Origin: Amoebidium appalachense
Taxonomy: Eukaryota; Protista; Ichthyosporea
DNA length: 64,000 nt
NCBI GenBank assembly: GCA_963693365.1
Contig: CAVNZM010000008.1
Coordinates: forward strand, 9,304,818 to 9,368,817
Direction of reading: 5' to 3'
Of the stretch, positions 13,401 to 23,935 are shown in pieces. Both the position numbers and the translations under genes were made by a program. Below the pieces are notes generated by a model. The model did not search any database, was not told the DNA's origin, and saw only the letters and a program-made list of their open reading frames with translations. The first letter of the stretch is position 1. Every line of letters begins with the position of its first letter.

Positions 13401-14920
13401 TTTCGTATTACGAAGGTGGGTGAATTATACTGACTGTGTGCTTGTTCCATCTGCCCTCTATGACACATATCCTCCACGATCTCCTTTGCAGCCTGCTCTT
13501 TCACTTGTTCCAACCTCCACTGTTTTAATCGAATCGGTGGGTTATCTCCCGTGTCTATGTGCATGGTGAATCCTTTAATCTGAGGAAATTCGTCGGGGTC
13601 CGTAGTGGTGAAGCAACGAGAGTGTGCTTCTAATAGTTTCTTAACCTCCGGAAGCATACTCTGAGGCACCCTATTCCAATCAAAACCGTGGGGAGCCTGG
13701 CCGGCATCGTGTGCACCCCCACCCGAAATTTCCGAAATTTTTCGCGGGGGGGGTTTTTCATGATCAACGGCACACATTGATTGGTCGATCGGTGAGTGTA
13801 TCGGACCGCCTCGTGTCCCACTCACATGCCCTTCGTGCCCACACATGTTATCGGTAGGCACCCGGCCCGGTGGCACGGCCGGAGGTGAATTGGGTAGGCA
13901 ACCTTCTCCACCCCCCGTTGCCCACCTGATGCACTGCGCTATTGCACCAACGACGGTTTGTGTACGACTGGAGTGGGGTTCGGCTTGCAAAACACTCAGT
14001 TCGTGTATGTACTCATGTCGGCTCGTAGGAACGAAATGACCGATGGTACCGAACACGTTCAAATCCGGACCCACACCATTTTCGCACACAACAGCAATAG
14101 ATTTATCCACACTAAGTTCACAGATGGTGGGGGGGAACTTATCTCGAAATTCACGAGTAGGCTCGAAGATACCGAGGGTGCCAGCAGCAGCAGCAGCAGC
14201 AGTCACCTGCACCGTTGCACGTAATACACATCCAAAGCCAGATTTGACGGTGGTGTCGTGCTTGACGGTAACAGGACACATTGTGTAGGGGGTGTGCAAA
14301 GATGACGTCGGCACCACCATCCCCGACACCAGTGTTAGTGAGTGTGCTTGATGATTAGTGGTGGCAATGTGTTTGTTGGCAAAATCGTTCCCAATAATCA
14401 TGTCATGCTTAATATTTTTAATTACTAAGCAAGGCCACATGAATGTTTGAGAACCGAGGCATAACGGGAGCATCACTTCACCACTCACAGCTAGAGCTTT
14501 ATCGTTTTTTCTTACAGAAGTAACAATAACATCCGAGGGTTGCAAAGCAAACTCCTGCATGTGTCGGGAAAAAAACAGCTTCACTAACCACCGTGAATGA
14601 TGCCCCAGTGTCAAACAATGCAAAGTATTTTTCATTACTCAACGTAACATTAACATAGATACGTCTTCCTGCATTGCATATGGCACTTATATCGAACACT
14701 TTTCTTATTCTATCGAGTGTTCGAAGTTTCTTTGTGGGGGGGATAGGTGTGGGGGGGTGGGGGGTCGGGGGTCGGGGGAAGGGGGCTCGGAGGGGGGAAT
14801 ATCAGAAGAAGCCGGGGCAGAAGCACATGGTATAGGCACATTTTTAATTACTTTTTCGTGACCCACTGGGTCACAATGTGCAATACATGCCGTATTCGTG
14901 CTTCCAGCACCGGCAATTAC
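10428..14920 (-). CDS. pol: Pro-Pol polyprotein (aspartic protease, RT, RNase H, integrase, chromodomain), split in this assembly by 1-nt shifts at homopolymers
   Basis: PR: ALFDTGAS (ORF 14499-14699) continuing to IIGND after the A7 run at 14569-14575. RT: YRLLTDFRALN, PQGL, YADD. RH: CDAS, ESDHKP, DADGLSR. IN after the C7 run at 11993-11999: H-X4-H..C..C, VDLMGP, LSDQGSEF, HPQSNGSNER. Chromodomain: WVVEKVLD..YQIKWAG..SWESE. Confidence 0.95.
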
Positions 14921-16799
14921 CTATTTATCACTTTGCTTGCCCTTCTTCTTGGCAGCTCGGGTGGGGCAATCTTTAAAACGATGCCCCGGCTGCTTGCAAG
15001 CCCAACAATTGGGCCCCCTCTTATCTTTCTTATTTTCCTTAGCCCATTTGCCCCCCCCCATTAGATTTACCCTTACCACCAACATTACCCCCACTACCTC
15101 CGTGGCCACCCCCGTGACCACCACCACCACCACCATGCCCCCCACTACCACCACCCATCTCATCTACAGCACCCACATTACGGTTACATTTTAAATTGTG
15201 AGCACCCACATCAGCCTCATACCGTCGGATGACACGGCCCATGGCTTGTTTGAGGGTGGTTGCAGCCCGGGCCTCGGAACAAAGGTCCGGGTAGTCGTTG
15301 AGGGTACGTTGGTAATGATGAAGCATAACCTCGGGCATGTCCTTGAGACCCGAGTTGGAGATGATGCAATTAAATTTCTTGTGGAATGTTTTTATCGAGG
15401 CCCGAGTGTGCATAAAACGAAGCTTGTTCAGCTCGTTAAAATGCTCCTCCTTACGTTCCTTGTCTAAATACTTCTCAAGGAACTTAGCCCAAAAATCGTC
15501 GATGCCGGTGCACGTGGAAAGGTCGACGTTGTCGGCAGCATCTCGGGGGTCCCCGGGGCCCATGCACATACGAATAAACATTAACGTGCGATTTAAGCCC
15601 ACCAACTCCATAATACAAAAGAAAATTAAATGATGTTGGAGTTGTTTGTAGAATTCGTCGATATCGGCATCTGCCTCGAGCATAGGACGGGACTGAATTG
15701 CTGCTGAGGGGATGTGTTGTATCTTTTCCTTCCCCTCCCGGTCGTCACCGTTGCCGTCGTTACCGTCACCGTCATCACCACCGTCACCGTCGTCGCCACC
15801 ACCATCACCACCACCGTTAGCACCTCCGGCACCATTAGCACCACCGGCACCACCGTCAGCACCACCGTCCGGGGGAGGTGGGGGGCCACCGCCACCTGCA
15901 TTACCATCCCCATTTTCGTTGGCAGCAGGAGGGGGGTTGTTATGCCCCCCCCGGCCACCACCACGTCCACCCCTACCACCACGGCCAGAGTTCTTACGGG
16001 GGCCCCGTCCGGCACGAACCCACGAGGGGAGCATGCTTGGATGAAATTTTCGAGGGCCCCGGTTACCATAATAAGTAACCACTAGGTCGAGCTCACCACG
16101 ACTAAGAGTCACTAATTGATTGATAAATTCATGTGACTTAGTGATGGGGGAAGACTGCCCTGAAAGGCACGCGTAGTTTTGCCTGGAAGTGAATACATTC
16201 GCGAGGGCGAGTAGTTGTTGGTGGAGCAAGGTGAGTGCCGTCGACGAACGGTACAGTGCCGTGCGCGCTGTACAGCTGGCAAACTTCGATACCAAAAATG
16301 CCAGCAGCACGAACAGAAGAAGACACCCAAGAACGCACCAGCACCAAGCTGCCAGGCTCACGCCCGTCTTGTTGTGCAAATTTGCATACTCCGTTAGGGC
16401 GCGTATGAGGGCGTCTGGTGCCTCGGCTTGCGTTTGCGTTGACCTCGACATATAGCCCGTGGAGAAGGTCGACTGATGAATGTCGATTGTCTTCAGGTGG
16501 CAAGTCTTCGGGGTCAAATGATTGGCCGTAGTCGGTTTCCCCTGAATGAAAAGAGAAGCAGTATTGATTGTCGTGTTGCAAGTCGTGTGAACGGAAGTAG
16601 ACACGGTCGAGCAACGGAAGGTCTGCTCCAGGAGGGTGCCACGGTGAAGAGCCGGGGGGGGAAAGGGGAACATTATAGCCGAGTTCTTCAAGGAAAATGA
16701 GGTCGGCGTTTCTAGCTTCCCCCCCATGCAGGCCACTAGGGCCGGCATTGTTGTCACCAAGGTGGTTAGACATGTTAGGACCCAAACAACTAAAAACAT
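14921..16799 (-). CDS. gag: Gag with long N-terminal extension, G/D-rich linker, capsid-like domain and CCHC zinc knuckle
   Basis: ORF 15039-16901 (first ATG 16799) contains FWAKFLEKYL..ELNKLR..SIKTFHKKF. The knuckle CWACKQPGHRFKDC is in the adjacent frame after the C9 run at 15051-15059; TAG at 14923-14921. Confidence 0.85.
16138..16773 (-). CDS. Overlapping second frame in the element leader (MSNHLGD..., 211 aa), unknown function; may be the true Gag N-terminus
   Basis: Open from ATG 16773 to 16138 with globular-looking composition; it ends just after a homopolymer (G5 on +, 16146-16150) where a 1-nt change would fuse it to Gag. Confidence 0.5.
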   Translation of the reverse strand: MSNHLGDNNAGPSGLHGGEARNADLIFLEELGYNVPLSPPGSSPWHPPGADLPLLDRVYFRSHDLQHDNQYCFSFHSGETDYGQSFDPEDLPPEDNRHSSVDLLHGLYVEVNANASRGTRRPHTRPNGVCKFAQQDGREPGSLVLVRSWVSSSVRAAGIFGIEVCQLYSAHGTVPFVDGTHLAPPTTTRPRECIHFQAKLRVPFRAVFPHH

Positions 16800-16849
16800 A
16801 GTACTTGCTTGATACGAGCACACTTGCAGCGCAAGAACTAGCGCTGCAA

Positions 16850-16865
16850 GGGGGTGTAGCTCAGC
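16850..16865 (-). promoter_or_regulatory. Primer-binding site complementary to a tRNA 5' end (Ala-like), followed by a 10-bp hairpin (16823-16850)
   Basis: Element strand directly after the 5' LTR reads GCTGAGCTACACCCCC; its complement GGGGGTGTAGCTCAGC is a typical tRNA-Ala acceptor/D-stem start. Hairpin CTTGCAGCGC-N8-GCGCTGCAAG. Confidence 0.75.
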
Positions 16866-17478
16866 TGTTGTATAATATGATCGTGTGTCTGTGACAAACA
16901 ATATGTTTATAAATGAACGGGGTTGACTAGACCACGATTTGCTTAGTTACGTGCTAGTCCTACTTACACCTAGTAAGCCGAGCACACTGAGTAAGCTCTG
17001 AAGCCCCCGACATGCCCTTATAACGGAGCTCGCACAGCGGCTCAGACATGCGCATCGGTATGTGCTTTTTTGGCTACGAGAGCCAATCACATACGGTTCA
17101 CGGTTCTGTCCCATGGCTATCACGGTTCCAATAAACCTATTGAGCCAATCGGGTGACAGTACTTGATTATCGATGCATTCCACAGTCATACCTCACGCGG
17201 CTACTTGCATATTTTCCCATGATAAAACTATAACTTAACGCTCATGGTTCCTCTGCTACGTGTCGGTCCCATGTGGCTATTATATCTGTTTTCCCATGAA
17301 TAATCCTGCAAGTTGCACGTGCACATACGTTTAACTCCATGCTCATGCGCACAAGACTGGGAGGGACATGCATACTGGCCTACCTAAGATCAAACACAGT
17401 GGTATATATACATGTACACGTGTGCGTATATCTCAACCTGTGTACATCCATACTAGATATCCGGTATAATATACCACA
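16866..17478 (-). repeat. 5' LTR
   Basis: 613-bp direct repeat of 9775-10387. Confidence 0.97.
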
Positions 17479-18134
17479 CCGGTGCGTTGAATTTACCCTA
17501 AATAAACACATTAAAAAATAAAAAATAAAAAAATGCACAAAAAACGCAAAAAAACGCAAAGATATATATCGCATACCTTACGAAGCTCCTAAGAATATCC
17601 TCACGCTATACTAGAGCTATACTTACTATTCTGTCAGTACGTCCTGAATAAATACGCCAACCATACCTGAAACTGCAGTGCGGATCGCCGACCATAAAAC
17701 TCCTTACACCCCACCACCCTAAGATACACTCCCTCCTCACCTTCTTGCAGTCGAATATAGCAGCTGTTCAAGTTGTATGGGAATATTTTTCTTTTCACTG
17801 GAAGAGGCAGATCTCCCCGTGGAGTCCCCCGTGCTTCAGCAGGCGTTAAGCCCGCTAGGAACAACTGCAGCTGTAGCGGCAGGAACTTTAGGCAATTGCC
17901 ACGTCCTTCAAGCCTGGGGCTGGGGTCGAAGTCCCCTTCTGATGCAAAATAGGCATCCAGCTTTGCAAGGTGCAGGCCTTTCTTATCCTGCAAGCCTGTG
18001 TTTGGGACAAAAGGATTCGAGTAGATCAGAGTAATCTTCCGCAGCACAGCGGCGGGCCCGCCGGGGAGAGGGGGGGGGGGGGGGGGGGTGAGCCATCACG
18101 TTTGATGCCTCCCCCCCCCCCCCCCCCCCCCCCC

Positions 18135-18165
<31 letters not shown>

Positions 18166-18689
18166 TTTCCCCCCGTCCATTCGGAGGGTTTTGGCAGATA
18201 TTGAGATTTTAGATTTTTCTTCTTGAAATTCCCCGATCACGTCCCCCCGTCCGTCGGGAAAAAATCCTATGGACTCCCCCGTGTGTACTTTGCATTAACG
18301 TACCTTCCCATTGGGAAAACAAAAAAAACTGCATCGAAATCCGTCCATTCTGAGGGTTTTTGCACGTTTCAAATTCCCTCCACAACACATGCACACTATA
18401 GAATGACCCCCCCCCCCCCCCCCTCTTGGACCCCCCCTGATGGGCCCGGCAAATGCCCGTGGGGATGTGTGGGTGAACGTGGGCACTCCCCCCCACCCCC
18501 ATCTACGTTTGGTGGTGAGAAAGTCAGCTACTTGCTAAAGGAAAGGGTGTTTGGGTTTTTTGAATACGAAGGCTGGTATGTTGCATGCGGGACTGGAGAA
18601 AACACTGAAATTCCCCGATCATGCCCCCCCCCCCCCCCCCCTCCGTCGGGAAAAAAATTCTACGGACTCCCCCGTGTGTACTTTGCATT

Positions 18690-19137
18690 AACATGCACAC
18701 ATGCACACACACGGTGCATCCCCCCCCCTCCCCTTCCCTCTCAACTGAGCACATACACACACACATACATGCGCACACACACACACACACGCACACACAC
18801 ACACACACGCACATGCACACATGCACACATGCACGGACACGAATCCCCCCCTTCCCCTTCCCTCTCCACCGAGCACATGCACACATGCACAGACATGCAC
18901 ACACACACACACACAACACACACGATGCACACAGACATGCACACACCAACACAAACACACAACACACACACACGCACGCACACACACACACACACACATG
19001 CACACACACGGTGCATTTCCCCCATCCCCTTCCCTCTCCACAAAGCACACACACACACACGTGCACACATGCACACACACGGTGCATCCCCCCTCTCTCC
19101 TTCCCTCTCAACTGAGCACATACACACACACATACAT

Positions 19138-19176
<39 letters not shown>

Positions 19177-19376
19177 CACACACACATGCACACATGCACA
19201 CATGCACGGACACGAATCCCCCCCCTTCCCCTTCCCTCTCCACCGAGCACATGCACACATGCACAGACATGCACACACACACACACACACCACACACGAT
19301 GCACACAGACATGCACACACACACAAACACACAACACACACACACACATACACTGTGGCACACACACATACACACA

Positions 19377-19412
<36 letters not shown>

Positions 19413-19560
19413 CACACACACGGTGCATTTCCCCCCTCCCCTTCCCTCTCCACAGAGCACACACACACACACGTGCACACATGCACACACACGGTGCATC
19501 CCCCCTCTCCCCCCCTTCCCTTTCAACTGAGCACATACACACACACAGACATGCACACAC
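18690..19560. repeat. Compound (CA)n/CACATG minisatellite with a larger duplicated unit
   Basis: Recurring blocks CACACGGTGCATCCCCC, CCTTCCCTCTCAACTGAGCACATAC and GCACGGACACGAATCCCCCC. Confidence 0.85.
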
Positions 19561-19591
19561 ACACAACATACGCAGACATCCACACATCAGA

Positions 19592-21612
19592 CACAGAACA
19601 GCTTCTAGCACGAGACATTTACCACAAAGTTTATGGGGGATGGTGAATGTGCCCCTGAAGTACGAGGGTCACACGAAAAAAACACAACGTTGTAGCTCGT
19701 ATAGAACCCCCCTTGTAGCATAGTATATGTACATATGTTACCTAGACATTATTGGTTTTTTCAATAACTACCCACAGAACAGCTTCTGGCACGAGACCTT
19801 TACCACAACGTTTATGGGGGGGATGGTAAATGTACCCCTGGAGTACGAGGGTCACACGAAAAAAACACAACGTTGTAGCTCGTATAGCACCCCCCTTGTA
19901 GCATAGTATATGTACATATGTTACCTAGACATTATTGGTTTTTCAATAACTACCCACAGAACAGCCTCTAGCACGAGAGATTTACCACAAAGTTTATGGG
20001 GGGGATGGTGAATGTGCCCCTGGAGTACGAAGGTCACACGAAAAAAATACAACATTGTAGCTCGAATAGAACCCCCCTTGTAGCATAGTATATGTACATG
20101 TGTTACCTAGACATTATTGGTTTTTTCAATAACTACCCACAGAACAGCTTCTAGCACGAGACCTTTACCACAACGTTTATGGGGGGGATGGTGAATGTGC
20201 CCCTGGAGTACGAGGGTCACACGAAAAAAACACAACGTTGTAGCTCGTATAGCACCCCCCTTCTAGCATAGTATATGTACATATGTTACCTAGACATTAT
20301 TGGTTTTTCAATAACTACCCACAGAACAGCCTCTAGCACGAGAGATTTACCACAAAGTTTATGGGGGGGATGGTGAATGTGCCCCTGGAGTACGAGGGTC
20401 ACACAAAAAAAACACAACATTGTAGCTCGAATAGAACCCCCCTTGTTGCATAGCATATGTACATGTGCTACCTAGACATTATTCGTTTTTTCAATAACTA
20501 TCCACAGAACAGCTTCTAGCACGAGAACTTTACCACAAAGTTTATGGGGGGGATGGTGAATGTGCCCCTGGAGTACGAGGGTCACACGAAAAAAACACAA
20601 CATTGTAGCTCGAATAGAACTCCCCTTGCAATTGTAGCATAGTATATGTACATGTGTTACCTAGACATTATTGGTTTTTTCAATAACTACCCACAGAACA
20701 GCTTCTAGCACGAGAACTTTACCACAACGTTTATGGGGGATATGGTGAATGTGCCCCTGGAGTACGAGGGTCACACGAAAAAAACACAACGTTGTAGCTC
20801 GTATAGAACCCCCTTTGTAGCATAGTATATGTACATAGTAAGTTACCTAGACATTATTGGTTTTTTCAATAACTACCCACAGAACAGCTTCTAGCACGAG
20901 AAATTTACCAGAAAGTTTATGGGGGGGATGGAGAATGTGCCCCTGGAGTACGAGGGTCACACGAAAAAAACACAATGTTGTAGCTCGAATAGACCCCCCT
21001 TGTAGCATAGTATATGTCCATGTGTTACCTAGACATCATTGGTTTTTTCAATAACTACCCACAGAACGGCTTCTAGCACGAGACATTTACCACAAAGTTT
21101 ATGGGGGGGATGGTGAATGTGCCCCTCGAGTACAAGGGTCACACGAAAAAAACACAACGTTGTAGCTCGTATAGAACCCCCCTTGTAGCATAGTATATGT
21201 ACATATGTTACCTAGACATTATTGGTTTTTCAATAACTACCCACAGAACAGCCTCTAGCACGAGAGATTTACCACAAAGTTTTTGGGGGGGATGGTGAAT
21301 GTGCCCCTGGAGTACGAGGGTCACACAAAAAAAACACAACATTGTAGCTCGAATAGAACCCCCCTTGTAGCATAGCATATGTACATGTGTTACCTAGACA
21401 TTATTCGTTTTTTCAATAACTACCCACAGAACAGCTTCTAGCACGAGAACTTTACCACAAAGTTTATGGGGGGGATGGTGAATGTGCCCCTGGAGTACGA
21501 GGGTCACACGAAAAAAACACAACGTTGTAGCTCGTATAGAACCCCCTTTGTAGCATAGTATATGTACATAGTATGTTACCTAGACATTATTGGTTTTTTC
21601 AATAACTACCCA
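19592..21612. repeat. Satellite array, 11 copies of a ~182-bp unit
   Basis: CACAGAAC(A/G)GC(T/C)TCT(A/G)GCACGAGA restarts at about 19592, 19773, 19955, 20138, 20320, 20503, 20692, 20878, 21060, 21242 and 21425. Confidence 0.97.
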
Positions 21613-21727
21613 CATGCGGCATGTGTTACTTTCACGTTATTGGTTTCCTAGCACGGGATATTCAGCACACAGTTGGGGATGTGGGGGCAGTGTACACCTC
21701 AATATTGGTAAGGTGGTGGTGGGTGGG

Positions 21728-21766
<39 letters not shown>

Positions 21767-21882
21767 CCACACAACCGAAACTGTCGGTGTTACAAGTGGT
21801 TCGGTCTTAGGAAGTTAGAACGGTGATTTTTTTTATTAATAGCGGGAAACAATATTATCCCCATTGCATATGGGGGGAACGA

Positions 21883-21917
<35 letters not shown>

Positions 21918-22726
21918 TCACAACGAATTCTATCGACTGTGCATAATTAATGTATATTGCACATGTAGCCTGAAAGATTAAAGTGAATGTGTGTATGTAT
22001 ATGTGCGAGTATATTTGTGTATGCAATACATGTACAATGTTTTCGTCTTTGTAGGTGGGTGGGTGGGGTGGGGGGGGGGGGGGGGGGGGGGGGGGGTGCG
22101 CGGGGGGGAAGAGGGAGGGGGGGAGGGGGCATCATGATCAGGGATAACAGGGTGTGTGCGTGTGTGCGCTTGTGTGTGCATGTGCTGTGTGTGTTGTGTA
22201 GGTGTGCGCCTGTGTGTGTGTGCGTGCCTGTGTGTGCGCGCCTGTGTGTGTGTGTGTGTGTGTGTGTGCAGTGTGCATGTGTGAGTGTGTGTGCGTGCGC
22301 GCGCGCGTGTGTGGTGTGTGTGTGTGTGTGTGTGTGTGTGATTTCAAAGAAGTCGAAAGCGCCAGTGACACCCATGTTGGAAAAAAGACAAGCAAGCACG
22401 CTAAGAAGGACAGCAAGAAGTAACAGAAACCCTTTCATGCCGAAAAAATGGTCAAGAACAAAGAAGTGGAGGACACGTAACTATAGTCTGATAGTTGTGA
22501 CTAAGGCACGGCCATCTAGAAACACCAGATGGCCGTGGACTAAGGGCACTAAGGGTAGCGCTAAGGGCACCAAGCCGGATGCACGCGCGCGCGCGAGCCG
22601 AAATCTATTTTTATCTTTTTCCTAATCAGGCGCGGCGAATAGTGATTGGCTAAATCCCAATCCGGTTTGCAATTTTTTCTCCATTTAAGCCTGTACGCAC
22701 GTTGTTTGCTCCATTTCTCTTCCCCC

Positions 22727-22849
22727 TTCCCGCAGGTCCGCAGGTCCTTTCCCGCAGGTCGCCTGGTCGCAGGTCCCTTCCCGCAGGTCGCCTGGTCGCA
22801 GTTCCCTTCCCGCAGGTCGCCTGGTCACAGATCCCCTCCGCAGATCCCG
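22727..22849. repeat. 29-bp minisatellite (TTCCCGCAGGTCGCCTGGTCGCAGGTCCC), about 3-4 copies
   Basis: Directly visible tandem units. Confidence 0.9.
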
Positions 22850-23380
22850 TGCTGATTGTTTTGGACCATGCTGCCCTTTGAAGGTTAGTTTTGTGTTGCC
22901 TGCTTTTGTGCATATGGCGTTTGTCTGTCTGGTCTGTGTCCGTCCTGTATTATGTCTGTGTCTGTGTCTGTGTGTGTGTGTGTGTGTGTATGTGTGTGTG
23001 TGTGCGTGCGTGTGCGTGTGTCTGCTGGCTGCAGATGCACGTTGAGTTTCACGTTCATGAACCAGCGACTGTGGGCACTACTTTTGCTGTTAGCACTATA
23101 GCTATCATCCCCTCCACCGATCGTTCAAGCTATTTTCTGCTTCTCTAGACTTCATAAGTTCTGGTCCGGGTTTCCGTCCTTACTATGTTTGAGGTTGGTT
23201 CTGTCGACTCTTTTTTTGCCACTCTCAGTCAGCCCCCTCAGTCCCCCCCCTCCCCCCCACTTCTCGCAAGTAGGATGAGCTAATTCTTAGCTCGAGTTCC
23301 TTTACAGGTTTTGGCAAGGTTGGCCCATGAAGTCATCAGCAGCTATAAGGCTACGTTATCATCTAGAGGTGGTTCCCGGC

Positions 23381-23935
23381 CCTTTGTCCTATGGCTGCTG
23401 TTGTTTCCGTTTTTCGTTTCATAGGTGGGTACCGGCTCTTTGTCCTGTTAAGGTAAATAAAGTATGGAGGCAAGACCCTGTGGGTCTGGGGCTCTTTGTC
23501 CTATGGCTGCTGTTGTTTCCGTGTTTCGTTTCTGTGTTGCTCTTATAGCACATGAATGATCATGTGCATGTTTAGCACCCATAGGTGGGTACCGGCTCTT
23601 TGTCCTGTTAAGGTAAATAAAGTATGGAGGCAAGACCCTGTGGGTCTGGGGCTCTTTGTCCTATGGCTGCTGTTGTTTCCGTGTTTCGTTTCTGTGTTGC
23701 TCTTATAGCACATGAATGATCATGTGCATGTTTAGCACCCATAGGTGGGTACCGGCTCTTTGTCCTGTTAAAGTAAATAAAGTATGGAGGCAAGACCCTG
23801 TGGGTCTGGCACCTCGTCGTCGTCATCGATCGTCAAAGGTTCATGTGGGGTGGGTGGTGGTCCCCTGGGCCAGGAAAAGACCCTGTGGGTCTGGCACCTC
23901 ATCGTCGTCATCGATCGTCAAAGGTTCATGTGGGG
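23381..23935. repeat. 160-bp tandem repeat (one shortened plus two full copies) followed by a duplicated ~55-bp block
   Basis: CTTTGTCCTATGGCTGCTGTTGTTTCCG at ~23382, ~23494 and ~23654; CCCTGTGGGTCTGGCACCTC..AAAGGTTCATGTGGGG at ~23796 and 23881. Confidence 0.92.

Larger units (their letters stand above)
9775..17478 (-). mobile_element. Full-length Ty3/Gypsy LTR retrotransposon with chromodomain integrase (chromovirus/Skipper-like)
   Basis: Two 613-bp TG...CA LTRs; 5-bp TSD CCGGT (9770-9774, 17479-17483); gag-PR-RT-RH-IN-chromodomain order on the minus strand. Confidence 0.98.

Noticed and set aside
11990-15060. Several apparent programmed frameshifts within gag and pol (15051-15059, 14569-14575, 11993-11999)
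   Set aside because: Each lies on a 7-9-nt homopolymer, one in the middle of the protease fold, in an element with near-identical LTRs; sequencing indels are more parsimonious.
16850-16867. A tRNA gene
   Set aside because: Only the first 16-18 nt resemble a tRNA; no anticodon or T arm follows, and the sequence runs into the LTR.
16866-17478. Tf1-type self-priming as the explanation for the odd PBS
   Set aside because: I found no sequence in the LTR complementary to GCTGAGCTACACCCCC on the element strand.
19592-21612. CRISPR-like array
   Set aside because: Units are similar along their whole length with no unique spacers, there are no cas genes, and the context is eukaryotic.
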